Below are positions 39,258-52,841 of a DNA stretch of 64,000 nt, in pieces. The notes beneath the pieces were generated by a model that had not been told where the DNA came from, did not search any database, and saw only the letters and a list, made by a program, of their open reading frames with translations. How positions within the stretch are numbered: position 1 is the stretch's first letter; every line of letters begins with the position of its first letter. This stretch comes from Octopus sinensis (lineage: Eukaryota): assembly GCF_006345805.1 (NCBI RefSeq), contig NC_043006.1:38874001-38938000 (forward strand), written 5' to 3'. A program made the translations under genes and the position numbers.

Positions 39258-39309
<52 letters not shown>

Positions 39310-39796
39310 CATACATATACATACGACATATATATACATATATATATATATATATACATACATATACATACATACATAATATATATATATAATATATATA
39401 TATATATTATATATATATATATATACATATATACATACATACATACATACATACATATAAATAAATATATATTATATCTACATATATATATATAAATATA
39501 TATATATATACATATTAATATCTATAAATTATATATATATATATATATATATACATACATATATATCTTATATATATATATATACACATATATTATATAT
39601 ATATATACATATACATATATATATAATATATATATCATATATATATATAATATATATATATATAACATACATATATCTATCTATCTATATGTATTATTTA
39701 TATATATACACACACCCACAGCTATACATACACACAAAAACATAAATATATATATATATGTTTATCCACACAAAAATATGTGTGTGTGTATGTATG

Positions 39797-39873
<77 letters not shown>

Positions 39874-40308
39874 ACATATATATCTGCATCTATATTAATC
39901 TATATCTACACACACACACATATATATGTATGTATACACACATAAAATGATATCCCAACATTTTTTCTTCTATATGTATACATTAGACTCAGCTATTTGT
40001 ATTGCACTGTAATGTGATGCTATATATTTATTGTCCTTGTGGCAAATAAAAGATCATATCTACTTCTTATTTCCATTATTATTATCATCATCATTGATAT
40101 TGTTGCAGTTGTTGTTTTTCTTATTAATATTTGAGTAGGTAGCTTACATTTGCATGTGTTTGTGACAACTTGCAGCACCTATAATACGTATGTATGCATG
40201 TATGTATGTATATATATTTATGTATATTTATATGTATATATAAATATATATGTGTATGTGTGTGTATATATGTACATACACACACACACACACACACATA
40301 TATATCAT

Positions 40309-40346
<38 letters not shown>

Positions 40347-40656
40347 ATATATATTATGTATGTATGTAAGTACTACGATGTGCATGTGTGGAGGTTTACA
40401 TAGCACTGTGAAAGGTTCTCCACAACACACCAACAAGCATCAATGGAATTTGAAACAAAATTTATATCAGAAGACACACACATGCATACAAAGACTTGGT
40501 CATACATGCATACGTGTATTATTTTATATATATATGTGTGTGTGTGTTTTTTATGCTCATTCTATATACCTATATACTCAAACACAAATATATAGATATA
40601 TACATATATCCATACATGTATACACACAACACATATATATCTATCTATCTATCTAG

Positions 40657-40697
<41 letters not shown>

Positions 40698-40812
40698 GTA
40701 TACTTCTATATATATTATATATATACATGCACACACACACACACACACACATGCATGAACACTTGCCACACAAATATACTTACACCTACAATTTTTTCTT
40801 TTCCTTATACTT

Positions 40813-40843
<31 letters not shown>

Positions 40844-40846
40844 TTA

Positions 40847-40877
<31 letters not shown>

Positions 40878-43619
40878 CATACATGCACACATATTATTCA
40901 CACTGCATATGTGCACATATATAAATACACATATTCATATACTTGAGCACACACACATATAAATATATGCACACCCATACACACATAGATATATACATAT
41001 TATATACATATGAACTTGCATCCATGTACACACATATATCTATACATATGTGCGTGTGTGTGTGTGTGTGTGAAATAGATTGAAAGAGAGGGGAACAGAA
41101 TAAATAAATAAATATAAAGATATATGCAGTTTATAATGAAATAAACTAGAAACAGGTAGCTAGTGATGCTGTCTCTGATAGTGACTTCATACGTATGCGG
41201 GCATTTTTGCATTCATGATGCAAACAGCTCTCAAACATTGTGACATATCATACCATTGAAATGGTAAAACTTGCTGTTGTACTTACTTATTCATTATTCA
41301 GAAAACATTGCCGCTGATCATACCTTTCATCTAAAGAAAGTAAAATGCTTCAAGCAAGACAGAAAAAAAAATTCCCACCGGGCGTACACGATGCTATGGA
41401 AACTATTTAAACCCAGCGCCTGCCTTTACAAGGATTCATATTTATTTAGTAAAATGCCGATGTGCATACGTGATAGCAAGGAATATTTTAAAACCAGGAT
41501 TCTTAGTTGACAGGAATAAATATCTATTTCGAAAAAACATTCTCATTAGCATATAGGATGCTGTGGAGCATATTTAAATCAGGTCCACATTTTATGCTAC
41601 TAAAAATAGGTGCAGACTTGGCTGTGTGGTAACAACTTTGCTCCCCAACTGCATAATTCTGGGTTCAGTCCCACTAGGTGGAATCTTGGGCAAGTGTCTT
41701 CTATTATATACTTGGGCTAACAAAAACCTTGTGAGTGGATTTGGTAGACAGAAACTAAAAGAAGCACATCGCACATATATATTCACCAGAGTAAGCATAT
41801 AAATGCGAAATAGGGTGGAAAAAATAATTCTCCAATACCGGAGGTAGAGTAATATGCTTTATTATTAAAGCTGCAAAGACATCACAAAAATGGTTTCAGC
41901 TGGGTTCTTTATCAAAAGGGTTAAGAATTGTTTCTCTATTATATATTTTAACCTTTTTGTTACCACATTTCTTATTTCTTTATTGCCCACAAGGGGCTAT
42001 ACACAGAGGGAACAAACAAGGACAGACAAATGGTATAAGTCGATTATAATGACCCCAGTGTGTAACTGGTACTTATTTAATCAACCCCAAAAGGATGAAA
42101 GGCAAAGTTGACCTTGGCGGAATTAGAACTCAGAATGTAGTGGCAGACAAAATACTGCTAAGCATTTCGCCCGACATGCTAACGTCTCTGCCAGCTTGCT
42201 GCCTTTCTGTTGAGATGCTCTAAGTTTCTTTCAATTAATTTTAAATATAACAAAGAATTTAGTAAAATAACTTAGTTATCATTAAGCTAATGTTAGGAAC
42301 ATAAGTTGTGACTAAGGTTTGGTGGAAGATTTTTATTCAAAACTTATGAAAACAAGACATTTGTACTCAGAGCCAGAGCCTGTTTCAGCTGGGTTGGTAT
42401 CGAAAGAGTTAAACTTCACAGGAATAAGTATATTTATTTAGAAAATTTCTTCTGAGCTTGCTGAGGAGAATATTTAAATAAAGCTTAAAATTTGCAGAAA
42501 TAGACATATTTCATTCATCTTTTATTTGTCTCAGTCACTGGACCGCTACCATGCTGGAGCACCAACATGAAGAGTTTAGTAGAACACACTGATCCCACTA
42601 CATTTATTTCTGTGCCTGGTGCTAATTCTATTGGTTGCTTTTGCCAAACCATTACAGGGATATAAACAAAGTAACACCTATCATGCAATGGAGTGTGTGA
42701 CAAAAACTGACACCAGCAAACACACACACACACATGTATAGCAGGCTTCCACACAGTTTCTTTCTACCAAATTCCCTTACAAGGCATTGGTTGGTGCAGA
42801 GTTGTAGTAAATGACCCTTGCCTAATGTGCAATGCAATGGACTCGAACCTATTACAAGGTGGTTGCAAATACAATTTTCTTAACCATCACACGGTCTACA
42901 AAAATAAAACACAAAACATGGTCAGTGTTGGTGTCATGTAAAAAGCATCCAGTACACTCTGTAAGGTGGCGGGCATTATTGGAAAGGCCACCAGCTGTAG
43001 AGACCAAACCAAAACAATGGAGCTTGTTGTGGCTCTTAGCTTTATTAGCCCTTGTCAAAACCGTCCAACCCATGCCTGCATGGAAAATGGACGTTCACTG
43101 AAGATGGTGATGATGATGACAACAACAATGATGATGATGATGATGGTGGTCGTTATGATGATGATGAAGGTGGTGGTGGTTATGATGATGGTGGTGATGG
43201 TGTTGGTGGTGGTTATGATGATGGTGATGGCGTTGGTGTTGGTGGTGGTTATGATGATGATAATGATGATGTTGATGACGATGATGAGGATAATGGTGGT
43301 TATGATGATGGAGGTGGTGGTGTTGGTGGGGGTGGTTATGATGATGATGATTATGATGATGATGGTGTTGGTGGAGGTTAAGTGGGTGATAATGATAATG
43401 GTGGTGGCGGTGACAACGATGTCGATGATGATGATGATGAGATACCATGCATCACACCTGTAAACCTTTGACCATAGGTTCAGCCAGGGTCAGATCTGAT
43501 CTGGGGCAAAACAAATGATTAGCTCCTAAAGTTCCATTATGATAAGTCTGTCACAAGCCCCAGGACTCATAAAGCTTTGGCTAGTAGTAGTAGTAGTGGT
43601 GGTGGTTGTAGTGGTGGTG

Positions 43620-43660
<41 letters not shown>

Positions 43661-44039
43661 TGTAGTAGTAGTAGTAGTGGCAACAGCAGCGGAGGTGGTG
43701 GCAGTGGTGGCTACTGCAGCAGTGGTAGAAGAAGAAGCTGATGATGATGATAATGATGACAATGGTGATAATGAGATTGATGATGATGATGATGAAGGGA
43801 AAAGGATGAAAACAAAATAGAAACATAAAACAAAAGAAATGACTTCAGCCAAAAACAAAAAAAAGCAAAACAAAGAATACATCACCATCATCATCGTCAT
43901 AATCATCATTTAATGTCCCTTTTCCAATGTGGCATGTTAAATGATGACTACGAAAACGAGAATGTTGATGATGATGATGCATTGTTATTTGTTGAATAAA
44001 AAGACAATGTAATAATAATAGTGATGATGATAATGTAAA

Positions 44040-44850
44040 AAGGTTAAGAAGAAGAAGAAGAAGAGGGGGAAGAAGGAGAAGAAAAGAAGAAGAAGAAGAA
44101 GAAGAAGAAGAAAAGAAGAAGAAAAAAAGGGGAGAAGAAGGAGAAAAGGGGAGAAGAAGAAGAAGAAGAAGAAGGGGAGAAGAAGGAGACAAGGGAAGAA
44201 GAAGAAGAAAAAGGGGAGAAGAAGACGAAGAAAAGGGGAAGAAAAAGAAGAAAAGAAGGGGAGAAGAAGAAGAAGAAGAAGAAGAAGAAGAAGAAGAAGA
44301 AGAAAAGAAGGGGAGAAGACGAAGAAAAGGGAGGAGAAGAAGAAGAAGAAAAGGGGAGAAGAAGAATAGGAAGAAAAGAAGGGGAGAAGAAGAGAAGAAG
44401 AAGTGGAGAAGAAGAATAGAGGGAGAGAGGAAGAAGGGGAGGGATCAGAAGGAAGAGAAAAAGGCAAGGAAGAAGGGGAGAAGGAGAAGAAAAGAAGAAA
44501 AGGAGCAGGAGGGGAAGGGATGAAAAGAAGACAAAGAAGGCGAGGAGGATGAGGAGGAGGAAAAAAAGAATGGGAAGAAGAGGAGGAGAAGATGATGATG
44601 ATGATGATGAAAGAAGAAAACAAAAGTAGAGCAGTAGAAGAGGAAGAAAGAGAAGAAATAAATAAGAAAACTAGAAAAGAATAAAGAAAGAAAAGAAGAA
44701 ACAAAGTAAAAAGGTGAAGAAGAAGAAGAAGAAGAAGAAGAAGAAGAAGAAGAAGAAGAAGAAGAAGAAGAAGAGAAAGGAGAAAAAGAAGATGAGAAAG
44801 TGTTGGAAGAAGTTGACAAAAGAACAAACAAGAGAAAAGATTAAGAAACA
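44040..44850 (+). repeat. ~800 bp polypurine (GAA/GGA)n tract
   Basis: Almost exclusively A/G on the plus strand. Confidence 0.9.
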
Positions 44851-45694
44851 TCTGAGATGCCATTGCAACAATGGATCATGGTTGGTTGATCCGAGTTATG
44901 GTTGGCGATTTTATTTATTTATATTTTGTGTTTGTTTGTTTGTTTTGGAATTATTTTTGTTGTCGTTAAAGGAGCGGCGTTTGAAGATTGGATTAGCTCG
45001 ATGGTTGACAATGGTTGGGATGGTATGATGAAGCCATTTTAATTTCCGACTTAATTAACGATGTGTGTCTGTGAGGGTGGTGACTGTAGGATGATGGCAG
45101 CATCGGGGAGAGCGGAGGCTGGCTAATGCTGCCACTTGAACGAGATGGAATCAATTAATTAAGCTTAACATGGAATAACTATTAATCACTTTTGCTCTCG
45201 TTATTTCCTCCCCTTTCAATAATTCCATTTATTCACCCTCGCTCTCTCTTTATTATTTTCTCTCTTTCTTCCCTATTCTTCCCCTACATCTTTCTATATT
45301 TTCCCACTTACTTTCACTTTCTCTCTTTCTCTCTTATATAAATATATATAAATACATACATATATACAAACATACATACATACATGCATACTTACGGGTG
45401 TGTGTAAAATTCTATCTTGTTTCTTAGTCTGTTCTGTCTTGCTTCTTCAATCCCTTCTTCATCTCTTCAAAGCCTAACTCTATCTCACTTCCACCCCATA
45501 CCCATCCATTTCTATCTATTCTTCCCTCCATCCATCCATCCACCTACCTTCATACCAAATTCTTCCACCATTTCCTATCTTTATCTCCAACTCTCTCCCT
45601 GCTCTCTCAATCCAAAGCATTTCTCTTTTTCTCTCTTTTTCTGCTCACGTTACTCTCTCTCTCTCTCTTTCTTTTCAAAAATTAAACTCACCTC

Positions 45695-45738
<44 letters not shown>

Positions 45739-46661
45739 ACCACTCTCTCACAGTATTCTACTTTCCTTCCGTCACCCCTCACCACCCCTACACACTAATC
45801 CCTCATTCTTGTTCTAGCTCCATTCCTGTATTCCATTCCTTCTACTCCTCTTTCTGCTTCTCTGGTTTGCTCTTACCTGTTCTTCTTTAGTGAACCTTAT
45901 CTCTCACATACGCAACAACAACCACACATACACACACGCTTACACATATTCATACCACTGCACGCACACACACACACACACACACACTCCTTCTCATCTT
46001 TCCCACCTCCCCCTCCTAACCATTCCGAAACCAGTGATTGATCTCCCCAACTCCTCCAAACTTAAACAGAAAATATAAAACAAAATTTTCCCCACATCAG
46101 TGAATGTAGTAGAGAAGCATGTTTCCCCAACAATATCACCACCATCACCACAACCATCACCACCACTGCTACTGCTGCCTCTCACACCACCACCACCACC
46201 ACCACCACCACCACCACCACCACTGTTCTTTCCATTAAGTGTCTAAAAATCAAACCTTTTATTTGACCCTTCAACCTGCAAGAGATAACTGCAAAATCAC
46301 TTTTGTATCAGACTTCATGGTCTTATAAAAGAAGTGACACACTGGACAAGGTATTCCTTGATATATTATATCTCAAAGGAAACGACTGTAACATGACTAG
46401 AGCAGAGTGACTGCTATAATTGGTCTGGTCGACTGGATGAAGGCTGACCTCTACATAGCCGCTGAATATGCTAGAAGCAGCAGTTATGTGACTTTCATAT
46501 TACATTCCATCTTCTAGTAAAAACAGGAACCACTGGACAATGCAATTCTTTGACACATTGCATCTTTCATAGAAACCATGCGCAGGTATGTGTGTGGGCA
46601 GAGACAGTGTGGCTTTAAAGAGGCAGAATGGATTCAAAAAGCAAAATGAATGGATTAAATC

Positions 46662-46879
46662 ATAGAGCAAGTGCTGGAAAGTTCCTGGTTTTAAGAGTAT
46701 CGTGAAAGGCCTGGCTGGAGGTTCAGCCTTCTGAGTTCTTTTACAGGGTTTAGAAAAACTGAAGGACCACTGCCATAAGTGTGTGACTCTATGGGAGGGA
46801 ATATGTTGAATAGAATCATAATTAACTGATCCTCCTGTTCTTTTAGCCAAAGTCAGGAACTTTTCAGTACACCCTCATA
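46662..46879 (+). mobile_element. Non-autonomous mariner element carrying the transposase C-terminus
   Basis: Inverted ends ..GTGCTGGAAAGTTCCTGGTTTT / AAAGTCAGGAACTTTTCAGTACACCCTCATA. The interior reads GLEKLKDHCHKCVTL then (frameshift) EYVE*, like the mariner end GI.KL..RW.KC....GEY.E. Confidence 0.7.
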
Positions 46880-46994
46880 TATATATTATATATATAGTTA
46901 ATCCTGACATGAAAACACAAAGAGAAAACACAACAACGTGAGGACGTGGAACAAATATAGTATTATTGGATGCTCAGGAAGGAAGGGAAGAAGG

Positions 46995-47029
46995 GTTTAA
47001 CGTTTCGAGCAGAGCTCTTCGTCGGAAAC
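46995..47029 (-). ncRNA. Minimal type I hammerhead-like motif (family HH5) in a ~200 bp repeat (46900-47100)
   Basis: Minus: GTTT-CCGACGA-A-GAGC-tct-GCTC-GAAA-CG-TT-AAAC. Helices I and II are perfect, helix III is the palindrome ACGT, and there is one core change (U4C). Confidence 0.6.
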
Positions 47030-47754
47030 ATAGGAGAAGGAAAGATCCAGAGAAGGGAAGACAGAGGAAAAAAAAATCGCCAACGGTACACACGCGGTCG
47101 TATGTATATATAATTTAGAGAAAAACCTCTATTAAGCAATTCAATAGTGAAAGACGTTATTCACACTATATACAAAAAACTAAATATACTACAAAAAATA
47201 TTATTCCAAAAATCAATAAAGTACATAAACAATAAATAGTAAATACTATTATATATATATATATACATTTGTTTGTATCTTTGTATTTCTAACCAATGGT
47301 GCCATGTACATCAGGTTTACACACACACACACACACACACATGTGTGTGGAGAGGTAAAAAAAGATGGAAATTGAGAAAGAGAAAACGAAAAACTGTAAG
47401 AAATGTTGAAAGTAAAATGTTGAAGAATTAGAAATTTAAAGAAAATGAGAATGTGGTCATGGCTGGAACTTCTTTGATAATTGGTCTGTTAGAATAGAAC
47501 TGCTCTGCAGTCCAACAAACAACAATAACACTATGTCTAACAATTAAACAGGAATATCATGGCCAGAAGATTTAGGTTGGCTCAAACAGAACAGAACAAC
47601 AACAACTGCAATAATGTAGTCCTATATGCATTATGTTTGAAAGTATGAGAAAATTGTCAAGACTCTTAATTAAGCCTGCTTAATTAGTCAGGAGTGGCAT
47701 GAGTTAAAACAGCCACAATTATTTAACTTTTGTCATAATCATTATTTCATGAAT

Positions 47755-48395
47755 TCAACCACTGATTTGGCAGAATTATTGACATGCTGGTATTTCGTCC
47801 ATCTTTACGTTCTGAGTTCAAATGCTGCTGGGGTCACCTTTGCCTTTTATTCTTTCAGGGACAATGAAATAAGTACCAGTTATGTGCTGGGGTTGATATA
47901 ATTGATTAGCCCCTCCCCCCAAATTTCAGGTCTTGTGCCTTTAGTAGAAAGGTTTACTCTGGAATTCAGGCAGCTAGCTGGTAGAAGCGTTTGCACGCTG
48001 GACAAAATACTTTGTGGCATTTCCTCTGCTTTATGTTCTGAGTTCAAATGCTGCCAGGGTGCACCCCTTTCATAGTCAATAAACAATAAATTAAGTACCA
48101 GTGGTGTACTGAGGTTAATGTAATCGACTTAACCACACCCCCACAAAAAAATTTTCAGGCCTTGTGCCTATAAGAGAAAGGATTATTTCCAGAATAAAGC
48201 CAGTGAGGTAGCAAAATTGTTAAAATGGTGAACAAAAACACCACCAGGTATTTTGTCTGCTGGGGTTAACTTTGCTTTTTATTCTTTTGGGGTTAATAAA
48301 GGAAGTACCAGTTGAATACTGGGGTTGATGGAATTGTCTTAACTCCACCCCCAACATTTTCAGGCCTTGTGCCTACAGGAGAAAAGATTATTTCT
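47755..48395 (+). mobile_element. Three head-to-tail CORE-type SINE family B copies
   Basis: Three units, each ending CAGG(T/C)CTTGTGCCT..AG(T/A/G)AGAAA(G/A)G. Confidence 0.8.
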
Positions 48396-48776
48396 GTAAT
48401 TGCAAAACCCTTACCTTATTGTCACTGGCATCAGCCCCACCATTGTAAGCTCCAAAACTACATTGCCAAGTTGTGTGGTTAAGGAGCTCAGTTTACAACC
48501 AAGTGGTTGTGGGTTCAGTCCCACTTGGTAACACAGTGGGCAAATGCCTTCTGCTACAGCTTTGGGCTGACTAAAGCCTTGTGAGAAAATTTGGTAACTG
48601 GAAACTGTATGGAAGCTTGCTGTGTGTATGTGTGTGTGTGCTTGTGCCCATGTAAGTTCTCCACTACCATCATGGGACACCCAGTGTTGGTTTGTTTACA
48701 TCCCCATAACTTAATGGATTCACAAAACAGACGAATACAGTATGAACCAGACTTTAGAACATAAGAACTTGGGTTG

Positions 48777-49085
48777 ATCAATACGACCTCCAGATGACTT
48801 CGGAATCTCTGAAACTCTTCTGGATGGTCTCCTTGTTGAAGCTGGTGAATGCTGCCATAATCCTTGCCTTCAGTTCATCTTTGGTGTTACAAGGAGTTTT
48901 GTTGGTCTCTTGCTCAACTGCGCCCCACATATAATAATCAAGGGGATTGCAGGCTGGGCAATTAGGTGACCAGATTTTAGGGGTGATGTGGTCACAGAAA
49001 TTGTCTGACAGCCATGACTGGGATCTCTTGCTTGTGTGTCTTGGTGCAGTGTCCTGTTGCCAGACATAGGGGCTTCCATCATGAA
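48777..49085 (-). pseudogene. Tc1/mariner DD37D (maT-type) transposase fragment, inverted
   Basis: Open frame 49080 to about 48810: DGSPYVWQQDTAPRHTSKRSQSWLSDNFCDHITPKIWSPNCPACNPLDYYMWGAVEQETNKTPCNTKDELKARIMAAFTSFNKETIQKSF. There are 37 residues between the QQD Asp and the PLD Asp. Confidence 0.85.
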
Positions 49086-49087
49086 TG

Positions 49088-49231
49088 CTGGAGGTCGTAT
49101 TGATGCCAATGGCGATTTTATTGAATAAATTTACTCTTTAGTATTTCAAGATATTTTTATGTGATTTTGGTAAAAAAAGTCATTTTCATTTATACGTAAT
49201 TTAGACAACAGTTTATTCACTGCAACCTGTA
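49088..49231 (+). mobile_element. 3' end and terminus of the same DD37D element in the original orientation
   Basis: CTGGAGGTCGTATTGATGCCAATGGCGATTTTATTGAATAA (LEVV..ANGDFIE*), then a terminus ending ..CCTGTA. Confidence 0.65.
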
Positions 49232-50397
49232 TGTGTGTCTGTACACACACGCACAGACACATATATCTGTGTGTGAGTGTAAGCATATAATTATATATAT
49301 GTATGTATGTATGTTTCAAGATGCTGGTCACAATCTTGCTCCAAGGTACCTAAATTTCACATAGCGCCACACCTTTTCAACATCAACATCCTAGTTTTTC
49401 TGTTAATTTCTATATTCTTAGAAGATCCAAGAATAATACCCTTCGAGCATTACAAGAGATACTTGGAAAATTTACAGCTCAAAAAATAATTAATTTGCAA
49501 TAATTACTTAAATTAGTACAGTTTTTAAAAAAAGAACATTTTCCCAGGAATAACGAGTACATTTATATCTTATCTTTGTTTCTGTCATGAGACTGTGGTC
49601 ATGCTGGGGCACTGCTTGAAGAAATTTAATTGCATTAATTGACATCAGTACATCATATTGTCTTATAGTGTAGTATTTATTTTATCAGTTTCTTTTGATG
49701 AACGACTAAGAAACAGGGACATAAACACACCAACAATGGTTGTCAAGCAACACACACACACACACATCGTTTTTAACTTTTATTTGTTTGAGTCATTAGA
49801 CTGTGGCCATGCTGTGGCACCACTTTAAAGAATTTTTAGTTGAATGGACCAGCCCCCAATACTTTAAGTTTTTAAACCCGGCACTTATTATATCGATTGC
49901 TTTGGTCAAACCACTAAGTTACCGGGACATAAACAAACTAACACCAGTTATCAAGCAGTGGTGGAGGAGAAACACTGACACAAAGAAACATACACATATA
50001 TAATATATTCATATAAAATATATATATATATACATATATACATACACATACATATAGATACGACATACATATACATACATATACATACATAGACATACAT
50101 ACATATACATACATACAAATATATATCAGTTATCCCATGTCACTTTTTATTTACTATACATTTTTCATTTATATATATATGTATATGACAGGCTTCTTTC
50201 GGTTTCTGTTTGTCAAGTTCACTCATAAGATGCCATGCAGTGGGAATGAACCTGGAACTGTGTGGTTGGGAAGTTGGGAAGCAAGGTTCTTACCACACAG
50301 CCACATCTGCTCCTATATACTCACATATGTTTCAGGTTTGCATAGTAAATGAAATAGTAAAGGAAATGTATTCATTACATAAACCTTTCTTAATTAA

Positions 50398-50618
50398 CCC
50401 TTTACGACCCAGAGTCCTTGAATTTCTGAAAGTTACTTTTAAATTTTTACAGATGTATTGAAAATAGGTTATAATGAAAAAAATAATAATTAAAACTTCT
50501 CTACTTCAAGTAGAAATGGAAATACTTGAGGTCCTATAAATAGGACACTGAGACAATGTGATATAGCTTATTTAATGTTCATTAGTGTCCTATTTATAGG
50601 ACAGTGGGACTTAATGGG
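50398..50618. mobile_element. piggyBac-like MITE with TTAA target-site duplication
   Basis: TTAA|CCC...GGG|TTAA ends and an internal inverted pair GTCCTATAAATAGGACACT / AGTGTCCTATTTATAGGAC. Confidence 0.7.
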
Positions 50619-51239
50619 TTAAAATATTTCAAATATACAAAGTTGACAGAAAAGTTTTAAATATAATGCATCGCCCAGTCCAGGAACTGAAACCACAATC
50701 ATAAGTCCAACATCCTAACCACTAAACCACGTGCCTCCACAATAGAGTAGAAAACAATTATGCAAGGTGCTGTGTAGAGGGACTGAACCCAAAACACTGT
50801 GGTATCAAAGCAAGCGTCTTAACCTGCCAGCCATACATTTTGACAGAGCTCAGTTCAAACTATATCCCTGATTGATTGGATGTCACCATTTTATGCGTAT
50901 CAAAATTCCTGGATCTACTGAAGATTGTGAGCATCTTTGGAAAACAATATATTTGTAGGTATGAATAAGCTCAGATAAGGCCAAGAACTACTGCTTGCGT
51001 GTACATATGTATATGTGTGTATGTGTTTTTGTGTGTGTGTATGTGGTGTGTGTGTGTGTGCACGCATAGATGTATGCGTGTGAATGTGTGCAAAAGAGCG
51101 AAACTGATTTATTTAAATATATATATAATAATTTAGAGCATTGATGAAATAATTCATATAAATGTATAAAAATTAAATGAAAGCAGAATGCTAGAAAGAA
51201 ATTAGTTAATATAACACAGGAAGCCAAAAAAAAATCACA

Positions 51240-51925
<686 letters not shown>

Positions 51926-52084
51926 AGTTAATCTATGGTTAATGGAGAATTTTAAGAAAAAATTGAAGGAATGGTATAAACAAATTCTTGGGTTTAATCC
52001 CAAGTGAAGGGAAGATAGCTTGCAAGAAGACTAATGAAAGACATAAAGAACAAGAGAAAGTGTTAAGAGCTAATAATAATAATG

Positions 52085-52121
<37 letters not shown>

Positions 52122-52798
52122 TGATAATAATGATAGTAATAATAATGTTAATGATATTAATAGGAATAACAGTTGGAACAATAATATGAAAAATATAATA
52201 TAAACAGCAATAAGATATACAATTAAGACAAAACCGTAGTTTAGCTATACAGCACATTAATAAAAATAATGATAAATAAATAAACAAATATATATATATA
52301 TGTGCATAATAGATATCCATAAAATTAAGAAGGAGCAGAAAAAAGTATCTTTGACATAAATTACTAGCAAACGCAATAATAACAAAGGCATGAATAAGAT
52401 AAGTATGAATCACAACAATGATAATAATGGTGATGGAGAAAAATAAGATTAACAACTGAGAAATGATATAAAACATTTCATCAATATATGTGTGTATGTG
52501 TGTGTGTGTGTGTATATATAAAAATAGATGTGTGTATATATACGTGTGTGTATATATATATATATATATATGTTTGTATATATATATATATCTATATATA
52601 TACATGTTTGTATATATATGTATATATATGTTTGTATATATATATGTATATATATGTTTGTGTATATATATATATATATATATATGTTTTTACATATATA
52701 TACATATATAAATATGTTTGTATGTGTATATATATATATATATAGATTTATGCATGATGAATATATATATATATATTATGTATATACATATATGTGTG

Positions 52799-52841
<43 letters not shown>

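Noticed and set aside
41300-41345. Possible 38 nt micro-exon (ENIAADHTFHLKK)
   Set aside because: The donor is weak, the peptide is unrecognised and no partner exons were found.
43985-44863. 292 aa minus-strand Leu/Phe/Ser ORF
   Set aside because: It is a translation of the polypurine tract.
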